This document shows positions 37,651-45,398 of a stretch of 64,000 bases of DNA, piece after piece; the first letter of the stretch is position 1; each line of letters begins with the position of its first letter. A program made the translations under genes and the position numbers. The notes under the pieces are model-generated. The model searched no databases and was not told the origin of the DNA. It saw nothing but the letters and a program-made list of their open reading frames with translations. Location: contig JARIGK010000001.1 in assembly GCA_029288895.1 (NCBI GenBank), forward strand, positions 1,446 through 65,445, written 5' to 3'. Source of the DNA: Candidatus Adlerbacteria bacterium (GTDB lineage: Bacteria; Patescibacteriota; Minisyncoccia; Phycocordibacterales; SBAW01).

Positions 37651-38523
37651 TTACAGAGATAATACTATCCAGTGGGAGGGGAGTAAATCGACGCTATCGA
37701 GTTTTGCGTTCCAATGCTTGGGCGCAATGGTGATGCCGGTTCTGTAATGGTCAGAAAGCCATGAGCCCCACCACCCAAAGGTGCTGTTTGCGAGAATGTG
37801 GTGGTGGCATAGGCGCATGAGTTCAAGATCCTCATAATTTTTCTCCGCGCCTTGCCCTACGAATTCAGTCGGGAATCCAGTCTTAATATGTTCTTGCGCC
37901 CAGGGTAGGTCGTCCGAAAAGACAAAAAATATTGGGTCTTCGACCCGTTCTCGTATTATGGCTATCGCCGCTTCGTAATATTCCATAGACGCTGTACCAA
38001 GTATTTTGTTAAAGCGGGGGACAGAGACGAAGTCGCCGCGGCGTACATGCAACATGACTGGTGCACGTGCAGACCGTATCTTGTGAGCCATATCCTCTGC
38101 GTAAGGGCCAAGTGGTTCTCGCAATGTAAACTCTGTACGCAAAAGAGGTTCTATCTCAAGAAAATATTTTTCTGTCTGCCAATAGCCATCCACCTCGCAC
38201 GGAGCTTCAAGGTCCATCATTTCCGGAGAAAATGTAAATTTCGGCTCAACGACATACTTGGTAGTATCAGCGAAAAAGCGATTTAAGCGCCGCCCTATGC
38301 GCCCGCTGCGTGGTTTGTATCGTACAAACTTCGCTAAATCTTCTTTAGTGGCGATGTGCTCGTCTATATTAAGGTGTCCGAGGCTGTATGAGTGATACTC
38401 ATAATTATCAAATAGCGATATATCGAGTTTTAGCTCGGTATTATTTCGGAGTGCGAGCATGCGCCCAAACGCATATTGGAACATTGTGTTGCCAAGGCCG
38501 CCTTGTAATTTCGTTATAATCAT
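37651..38523 (-). CDS. alpha-1,2-fucosyltransferase (glycosyltransferase family 11)
   Basis: N-terminal IITKLQGGLGNTMFQYAFG is the GT11 hallmark. C-terminal HVRRGDF motif. Confidence 0.85.
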   Translation of the reverse strand: MIITKLQGGLGNTMFQYAFGRMLALRNNTELKLDISLFDNYEYHSYSLGHLNIDEHIATKEDLAKFVRYKPRSGRIGRRLNRFFADTTKYVVEPKFTFSPEMMDLEAPCEVDGYWQTEKYFLEIEPLLRTEFTLREPLGPYAEDMAHKIRSARAPVMLHVRRGDFVSVPRFNKILGTASMEYYEAAIAIIRERVEDPIFFVFSDDLPWAQEHIKTGFPTEFVGQGAEKNYEDLELMRLCHHHILANSTFGWWGSWLSDHYRTGITIAPKHWNAKLDSVDLLPSHWIVLSL

Positions 38524-38598
38524 GGACGTCGTACAGTAATTGTCGCACAGTAGGAATTTTAAATCTATGTGCTATGCTTTCCTCATACTTTAGAAAAT

Positions 38599-39621
38599 AT
38601 GGCTGCAGCAAAGAAAAAAACGGCTCCCAAAAAGCCTGCTCGTACTACTCAGAAAGGCAAGACCGCTATTATTACAGGTGTTACAGGTCAGGATGGTTCG
38701 TATCTCGCGGAACTTTTGCTCGGAAAAGGATACCAAGTGTATGGTGTTATGCGCCGCGTGTCGTCGTTTGGTTCAACAGGGAGAATTGATCATCTCCTAG
38801 ATAACCCTAATTTCCATAAAGTCTACGCAGATCTTGATGATGGCCCTTCTATAGATGCGCTTGTTGCAAAAGTTAAGCCGGACGAATTTTATAACTTGGG
38901 CGCTATGTCGCATGTTCGAGTCTCATTTGAAGTGCCGCGCTATACGATAGCGACGAATACACTTGGCGTACTCACTGCCCTTGAAGCAATCCGTCAGCAT
39001 TCTCCACACACCAAGTTCTACCAGGCCTCAAGTTCAGAAATGTTCGGCGACCCAGGTGTGCCGGTGCCATTTAATGAAAAGACGCCGATGATACCTCAGA
39101 GCCCTTATGGCGTATCAAAACTCGCGTCATATCACCTTGTGCAGCAATATAAAAACGGCTACGGACTATTTGCCACCACGGGCATTCTCTTCAATCACGA
39201 AAGTCCGCGCCGTGGAGAAAACTTTGTTACTAAAAAAATTAGCTTAGCTGTCGCACGCATCAAAAAAGGCCTGCAAGACAAACTTGAACTTGGTAACTTG
39301 GATGCGAAACGTGATTGGGGATGGTCGCCAGAATTCGTCGAGGCGATTTACCAGATTATGCAGCACGACAAACCAGATACTTTCGTCGTTGCAACGGGCG
39401 AGACGCATACGATTCGTGAGTTCGTTGAAGAAGCGTTCAAACATGTAGGACTTAACTGGAAAGACTACGTTACATTCCATGAGAAACTGTTGCGCCCAAA
39501 TGAAGTGCCTAAGCTTTTGGGTGACGCTACAAAAATCCGTAAAACACTCGGGTGGAAACCTGCAAAGAAGTTCAAAGACATAGTCCGGGAAATGGTCGAC
39601 CACGATCTTCAAAATCTATGA
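38599..39621 (+). CDS. gmd: GDP-mannose 4,6-dehydratase with a Lys-rich N-terminal extension
   Basis: KTAIITGVTGQDGSYLAELLLGKGYQVYGVMRRVSSF..., SSSEMFG, YGVSKL catalytic motifs. The start is at 38599 (MAAAKKKTAPKKPARTTQKGK...). Confidence 0.92.
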   Translation: MAAAKKKTAPKKPARTTQKGKTAIITGVTGQDGSYLAELLLGKGYQVYGVMRRVSSFGSTGRIDHLLDNPNFHKVYADLDDGPSIDALVAKVKPDEFYNLGAMSHVRVSFEVPRYTIATNTLGVLTALEAIRQHSPHTKFYQASSSEMFGDPGVPVPFNEKTPMIPQSPYGVSKLASYHLVQQYKNGYGLFATTGILFNHESPRRGENFVTKKISLAVARIKKGLQDKLELGNLDAKRDWGWSPEFVEAIYQIMQHDKPDTFVVATGETHTIREFVEEAFKHVGLNWKDYVTFHEKLLRPNEVPKLLGDATKIRKTLGWKPAKKFKDIVREMVDHDLQNL

Positions 39622-40007
39622 TCCGCGAGTTGGTCGCTGGTGGGCAGGTTGTTGCTAAAGTCTTTGATGGGACACCCACGCAACTGGGTGTCGAAGCTGC
39701 TTCTGATGCGGCAGCGCCTTTGCAGGTATTGCGCATGCAACGCGAGAAAGGATATGTCGTTGCAAAACATGGGCATGCGCAGATGGTTCGAACAACGAAT
39801 GCACGGCAGAAAGCCCTTGTGGTGATTTCGGGTTCGATTGATGTGGTCGTGTGCGATACCAAAGGAGTCGATGGCGATGCGCATACGCTAACACCCGGCC
39901 AATGCCTGTACCTTATGGACGGCGGCTATTCGCTGACGTGCGCCGAAGATACAGTGTTTTATGAATTTAAAAACGGTCCTCATGCCGATGATAAAATAAC
40001 GCTATGA
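39618..40007 (+). CDS. cupin-domain protein (probable nucleotide-sugar epimerase/isomerase)
   Basis: ATGA overlap with the gmd stop. About 129 aa of beta-rich cupin-like sequence (KHGHAQ...GSIDVVVCD...). Confidence 0.5.
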   Translation: MIRELVAGGQVVAKVFDGTPTQLGVEAASDAAAPLQVLRMQREKGYVVAKHGHAQMVRTTNARQKALVVISGSIDVVVCDTKGVDGDAHTLTPGQCLYLMDGGYSLTCAEDTVFYEFKNGPHADDKITL

Positions 40008-41209
40008 ATGTAACTGCATGCCATCTGTGTGGATCGTCTAATTTAGTTAAGACTATTGATCTTGGCTTCCATCCGCTCGCCGATTTCTTTGTGAAAGAAC
40101 ATCAACTTAATGAGATGGAACGTCGCTACCCGCTATCGGTACTTCTGTGTCGAGAGTGCGGGCATTCGATGAACAGTTACGTTGTCCCGGCAGAAGTACG
40201 CTACCAGGAAAATGACTATAGCTACGATTCAAGTAATTCAAAAATAGCCATTCAGCATTTTACTGATATGGCTCGTGAGGTGAGTGAGCGGGCCGGGTCT
40301 GCGCCTGGCGATTTGGTTGTTGATATTGGAAGCAACGTGGGAACGCTTCTTGCCGGGTTTAAAGCGCTTGGGATGAGAGTGCAAGGCGTGGACCCGTCAC
40401 ACAATATTGCCGCCCTTGCAGTCGAGAACGGCATTCCAACCATTAATGATTTTTGGAGCGAGGCGGCGTCAGGAGAAATTCAAAAGCTTGGGAAAGCAAA
40501 AGTTATTACTATGACGAATGCGTTTAACCACGTGAGCGATCTCCATGCGTTTATGAAAGCGCTTGTGCCGGCGCTGCGCGATGACGGGGTGTTTGTTATC
40601 GAACTCCCGTATTACCTCACGCTACTGCTTAAATATCACTTCGATACGATTTATCTCGAGCATGTCTCGTACGTGTCTGTAAAACCTCTTATGGCATTCT
40701 TTGAGAGATTCGGTCTTACTGTCCTCCACGCAGAGGAGAATGACTATATGAGCGGTTCTGTCCGTATCTTTGTAGGCAAAGGGCAGAGCGATGCCACTGT
40801 CGCTGAACTCATAGAAAAAGAAAAAGCCGCAGGTCTCTTTGAAGAACAGACGTATATTGAATTTTGTAAAAAACTCGAAGCGCTTAAAGTGCACCTGCTC
40901 GGGGAGCTTGTTGCTGCACGGAAGGCGGGTGGCAAAATTGTAGCGATTGGTGCCGCTGCAAAAGGGAATACGCTTCTCAATTATTGCGGCATTGATCGGA
41001 CGCTTATCGATTTTGCAACGGATGCATCGCCGCTTAAAGTCGGCAAATATACTCCTGGTTCGCATTTGCCAATAAAGAGCGATGACGCGATAGACGACAC
41101 AGTGACGCACGCGCTTATTTTGGCGTGGAATATCGCTGATTTCTTGATAGGGAAGATTGGCCCAAAGCATCCTCACCTAGACTTCATTACCCCGCATGTT
41201 ATAAAGTGA
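40004..41209 (+). CDS. nucleotide-sugar C-methyltransferase family protein (TylCIII/NovU-like; N-terminal Zn-ribbon plus SAM-MTase)
   Basis: N-terminal CHLCGSS...CRECGH zinc-binding motif, VVDIGSNVGTLL SAM motif, and a C-terminal C-methyltransferase-type domain. Confidence 0.65.
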   Translation: MNVTACHLCGSSNLVKTIDLGFHPLADFFVKEHQLNEMERRYPLSVLLCRECGHSMNSYVVPAEVRYQENDYSYDSSNSKIAIQHFTDMAREVSERAGSAPGDLVVDIGSNVGTLLAGFKALGMRVQGVDPSHNIAALAVENGIPTINDFWSEAASGEIQKLGKAKVITMTNAFNHVSDLHAFMKALVPALRDDGVFVIELPYYLTLLLKYHFDTIYLEHVSYVSVKPLMAFFERFGLTVLHAEENDYMSGSVRIFVGKGQSDATVAELIEKEKAAGLFEEQTYIEFCKKLEALKVHLLGELVAARKAGGKIVAIGAAAKGNTLLNYCGIDRTLIDFATDASPLKVGKYTPGSHLPIKSDDAIDDTVTHALILAWNIADFLIGKIGPKHPHLDFITPHVIK

Positions 41210-41213
41210 CATT

Positions 41214-41681
41214 ATGAAGATAGAAAAGAGAAAGATTAATTTTGAAGATGCTCGTGGCACCATTTCTGATATTTTTGAAAGCCAGCCCAAAGAGCACTGC
41301 ACAATCATTCATTCCAATAAAAATTCTGTCCGTGGCAACCATTACCATAAGCAGACAGTTCAGTGGGACTACATGGTGCAAGGTCGCATGCTCGCCATTC
41401 ATGAGAAGCTTGGCAGCGGTGTAGTTGAAGAACACATCTTGGAACCAGGAGACTTCGTTGAGTGGCCTGCGAACGAAGTGCATGAGTTTATCGCCCTTGA
41501 TGATGTTATTTTCATCACGTTCCACAATGGCCCGCGCGGCGGCGACAATTACGAAAACGATACATTCCGCGTTGATGTCCCGCTCCACGAACGCTTGGGT
41601 AAGAAAATCGAAAACGGTATCTTTGTAGACCCGACTTTGTACGCACGCATCGCCGCACAGCGCGCAGCAGAAGGTAAGTAA
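41214..41681 (+). CDS. cupin-fold sugar 3,4-ketoisomerase-like protein (FdtA/WxcM C-terminal domain family)
   Basis: FEDARGTISDIFE...HYH...H pattern typical of FdtA/QdtA-type ketoisomerases. Confidence 0.55.
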   Translation: MKIEKRKINFEDARGTISDIFESQPKEHCTIIHSNKNSVRGNHYHKQTVQWDYMVQGRMLAIHEKLGSGVVEEHILEPGDFVEWPANEVHEFIALDDVIFITFHNGPRGGDNYENDTFRVDVPLHERLGKKIENGIFVDPTLYARIAAQRAAEGK

Positions 41682-43436
41682 TTATCGCTTTGTAGCGAGG
41701 TAGTCGCCAATAGCGAGCACATCTATCATCCCGCTGGTGAGGGATTTAAGCGCGTCATCTGGCGTGCATACGATCGGTTCTTCATGGACGTTGAAACTTG
41801 TATTGATAACGAGCGGTAAACCCGTGAGTTTTTTATATTCTGTAAGTAGGGCATGGAAACGCGGGTTCGTATCCTGGCGAACAAGCTGCGGGCGGGCGGT
41901 ACCGTCTACGTGTGCAACGGCAGACGCTTTTTCTACCCACTCCTTTTTCATATCAAATGTTATGGTCATAAATTCGGCAGGACGTTTCATTGATGATTTT
42001 TCCATATGAAAAAGTTCTTCCGAAGCTTCATATAAGCAGCTTGGGGCAAAGGGCATAAATTCAGTGCGCTTCATGCGATCGTTGAGCCACTTGTTTATTG
42101 ATGCGTCGGTTGGGTGTGCGAGTACGCTTCTGTTGCCAAGTGCGCGAGGCCCATATTCCATACGGCCTTGGAACCAGCCAACAATCTTTTTTTCTGCAAT
42201 CAGCGCAGCAGTTTCTTGTTCTATAGTGTCTGTTTTTCTATAGACGATTAACGATTCTGCGGAAAGCGCGCGCTCTATTGCTGCATCATCAAATTGGGGC
42301 CCAAGGTACGCATCTTTCATTCGCCGTTCTTGCGGCGTGTATGGATGCGTCCTGTGGTAGGCAAGCATTGCTGCTCCATAGGCATTGCCGCCATCGCCCA
42401 TGTCGGGGAAGACAAACAAACTCTGCACTGACGGCATTTCAGAAATACGCTGGTTGAGTTTGACGTTGGCAAAGATGCCGCCTGCAAGCACAAGGTTCTG
42501 TTTCCCAGTTTTTTGTACCCAATAGGAAATGAATTCGCACGCTCGCTGCTCAAGCGCATACTGGACCGCTGCGGCCATATCTTTTTGCGGGAGATGCGAG
42601 ATGCTGTCGATAATAATACGCCACGGGTTTGAGCTGTAAGGAATTAGTTTCAATTTCATCCGAACGCGATTATAAAATTTCCACAGCGGCGTAGAGTGCG
42701 GATATATAATCGCTCCATCTTCTACAAGGATTTGTTTCTTGAGAATCTCCCATCCTTGTTCTGGGTTTCCCAATGCTGCAAGGCCAGTAATTTTTCCTTC
42801 ATGCCGCGAAACTTTAAATCCGCAAAAACGAGTCATCTCTGAATAGAGCCAGCCCAGCGATGCAGAAGAGGGTACTGTTGTAAGTGTCTCCATCTGGCCC
42901 TTTGAGCAGACCCGCACAGAGCCGGAGCACAAGTCTCCCTCTCCATCGAGCGTTATTGCAAGTACGTCATCCTCGCCGCTTGCATAGTATGCGCTTGCTG
43001 CGTGGCACGCGTGATGGTCGAAAAATGCTATCTCAGCAGAAATGCCTACTGCCAAAAGGAGTGTGCGGATTTTTTTCTCGACATACGCTTTACACTCTTC
43101 GTCGCTTTGCACAGCCTTCCATTCTTTGTCATTAAGATAAAAATCAGGCCCAGGTTTTTCGTTTTGCAAATCGTAATACTGTTTATCTTCCGTAAGCAAA
43201 AATGCCATAGTGCGCGCCCATTCTTTTTTAAATGTACCCATCGAGACGGCAACAACATCAACTTCTTTCGGGTCGACTATCTTTTCTTTGATGATGTAGC
43301 GCAAACTTTCAAACGGAAAGCCAGTGTATGCCTTTATGCGGTTAAGGCGCTCTTCTGCAATAGAAAAAATATGCGAACCGTCGCGGATGACGGTCAGTGT
43401 ACCGTCGTGGGAAGGTGAAATGCCAAGTATGGTCAT
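41682..43436 (-). CDS. carbamoyltransferase (NodU/CmcH/NovN family)
   Basis: N-terminal ILGISPSHDGTLTVIRDGSHIFSIAEERLNRIK and the C-terminal domain typical of O-carbamoyltransferases. Confidence 0.85.
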   Translation of the reverse strand: MTILGISPSHDGTLTVIRDGSHIFSIAEERLNRIKAYTGFPFESLRYIIKEKIVDPKEVDVVAVSMGTFKKEWARTMAFLLTEDKQYYDLQNEKPGPDFYLNDKEWKAVQSDEECKAYVEKKIRTLLLAVGISAEIAFFDHHACHAASAYYASGEDDVLAITLDGEGDLCSGSVRVCSKGQMETLTTVPSSASLGWLYSEMTRFCGFKVSRHEGKITGLAALGNPEQGWEILKKQILVEDGAIIYPHSTPLWKFYNRVRMKLKLIPYSSNPWRIIIDSISHLPQKDMAAAVQYALEQRACEFISYWVQKTGKQNLVLAGGIFANVKLNQRISEMPSVQSLFVFPDMGDGGNAYGAAMLAYHRTHPYTPQERRMKDAYLGPQFDDAAIERALSAESLIVYRKTDTIEQETAALIAEKKIVGWFQGRMEYGPRALGNRSVLAHPTDASINKWLNDRMKRTEFMPFAPSCLYEASEELFHMEKSSMKRPAEFMTITFDMKKEWVEKASAVAHVDGTARPQLVRQDTNPRFHALLTEYKKLTGLPLVINTSFNVHEEPIVCTPDDALKSLTSGMIDVLAIGDYLATKR

Positions 43437-44068
43437 GAGAGTCTCGAAACTATGCTGACTTGTTCGTCCTGTACGCGGATGATGTCGCCGCTAAGGTACT
43501 CACTCTGTTCGCCGACTAGCTGCTGTACTAGTGCTGCGACAACGTCTGGGCTTTGCTTTGTTGCTGCGTCATGGGCGATACGTTCGCGCATTGCTGTGTT
43601 TGTGGGTCCGGGACAGACAGAGAAGAATTTTTTATCGGATTTATTGCGCGCCAGTGCTTGCGCGAGAGAGTTCACTGCGGCTTTTGAAGCCGAGTATGCC
43701 GCAAGCCGCCCGTTTGCATTAATGCCCGCGGTCGAAGAAATAAATATCATGCCGCCTCCGGCAGAAATCTGGTCCATAAACACTTTTGCTATATAGAAGA
43801 GCGAAAGCGTATTTACTTCGAATGTCTTCTGCATATTTTCGGGCGTCTGTTCATCGATGCTCAAGCTGTCATCCACAAAACCGTGGGTGCAGATAAGCCA
43901 GCCGATTGCCTCCTGGTGTGCTATGCGGAGTTTTTCTACAGCAGAGAACGACGAAAGATCTGCATCTTTGTGAGAAATAGGAATGACTCTGCAGCCAGTT
44001 TTTTCTAAGGCATTCACAATCGCTGAACCTATGCCTCCTGAAGCGCCAGTAACCAGAACAGTTTTCAT
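43433..44068 (-). CDS. SDR-family oxidoreductase
   Basis: TVLVTGASGGIGSAIVNAL. YSASKAA catalytic YxxxK. Confidence 0.8.
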   Translation of the reverse strand: MKTVLVTGASGGIGSAIVNALEKTGCRVIPISHKDADLSSFSAVEKLRIAHQEAIGWLICTHGFVDDSLSIDEQTPENMQKTFEVNTLSLFYIAKVFMDQISAGGGMIFISSTAGINANGRLAAYSASKAAVNSLAQALARNKSDKKFFSVCPGPTNTAMRERIAHDAATKQSPDVVAALVQQLVGEQSEYLSGDIIRVQDEQVSIVSRLS

Positions 44069-44077
44069 GTAGCTATA

Positions 44078-45334
44078 CTACAATGTTTTGTAGATTAGGT
44101 AGAGCGCAAGGGCTGCGCCAGCTTCCGAAAGTATGGTTGCCCACACAGCGCCCCAGAGTCCAAATAAAGGGATAAGGGCGCAGAACAAGACAAATTCTAC
44201 TGCCTGGCTTGAGAGGACGGCTACATATCGCTTCTTTATCTCGCCGTGGGCAATGATGTAGGTGTCTATAATGCCGCGCGGCTGGAACAAGATAATGAGT
44301 GCGAGTACCTGACTCACAAGAATAGATGGCAGATATTTAGGGAAGAGGAATGTAAAGAGGAAGGGAATAAGCACGATATAGCCAATCGTCCCGACTATGG
44401 CCATTACGGTTAATTGTTTGAGGCGCAAAGAGAGGCCTTTTTTTGCTTCTTCCTTTTCTTTTGCAGCAAGTTTAGGAAATAAGATAGACAAAACGTTATC
44501 AAGCAAGTTGCGAGCTTCTTGCACTGGCGTTAGCGCAAGTGCGTAGACCGCTAATGCGGTAGCACCTACGAAATGGAATAGAAGCAATTGATCTATTTGC
44601 CCGGAAATAAGAACGAAAAATCCAAGTACGCTCAGCTGTTTGCCAAACCGGACTGTATCATCAACGTCTGCATGTGATGCGTGGATATCGTATCGGCGCA
44701 AGATAATGAGATATTGGACATAGCTTGCAAGTGCGTTGGAGAAAAAGTATGCGGCTAAAATCCAGATGATGTTGTGTGTAAGGTAGAGCGTTGCGACGAT
44801 GACCGCGACAGGGAAGCCGCTGCGTGCAACCCCTTGCCAAAAGGCTCGCCCAAATTGAGCTTTTGCAAGGATGACAGATTTAGATAATCCATACCCATTC
44901 GACAATATGTTGAACAGGGCAATAAAGATAAATCCGTATCCAAGCGTCGTGTTGTGGTGATAGAAATAGTAGCCGCCAATACCTGCGCTCATAAGAGCGG
45001 CAGGTACGCTCCACCACATCATTGCTTTGACTACGCCAGGGACGACGTGTTGTTTGCCTTGTGCGACAGCGCGCATAAGAGCGCCGCTCATATTGTTGAG
45101 AGTAAATGCGCCAACGACGCTCGCGGCGGCCAGCACGTATTGATAGGTACCGAACGATTCTTGTGAAAGAAGGTTTGCGAAGGCGGTTGTGAGTATAAGA
45201 CCCATCCCAAGCGAAATGATTCTGCCTAAATTGAGCCACACATTACTTACGAAGAAGTACACCATATCCGTTTTGGTGTACTTCTCGCTCCAGCGCAGGA
45301 GGGAATAGAGGCGGGTTTTTGTCCAGGTAAACAT
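44078..45334 (-). CDS. wzx: oligosaccharide flippase (Wzx, MOP superfamily)
   Basis: 12 or more predicted TM helices and a polysaccharide-biosynthesis-protein family pattern. The start is uncertain: 45334 was chosen, but the track ORF extends to 45379. Confidence 0.75.
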   Translation of the reverse strand: MFTWTKTRLYSLLRWSEKYTKTDMVYFFVSNVWLNLGRIISLGMGLILTTAFANLLSQESFGTYQYVLAAASVVGAFTLNNMSGALMRAVAQGKQHVVPGVVKAMMWWSVPAALMSAGIGGYYFYHHNTTLGYGFIFIALFNILSNGYGLSKSVILAKAQFGRAFWQGVARSGFPVAVIVATLYLTHNIIWILAAYFFSNALASYVQYLIILRRYDIHASHADVDDTVRFGKQLSVLGFFVLISGQIDQLLLFHFVGATALAVYALALTPVQEARNLLDNVLSILFPKLAAKEKEEAKKGLSLRLKQLTVMAIVGTIGYIVLIPFLFTFLFPKYLPSILVSQVLALIILFQPRGIIDTYIIAHGEIKKRYVAVLSSQAVEFVLFCALIPLFGLWGAVWATILSEAGAALALYLIYKTL

Positions 45335-45398
45335 GGGGTTACCAGCAGTATAACCGTTCTTGGAGGCAGAATGGCACATCTGTTACAATGCGGCGTAT

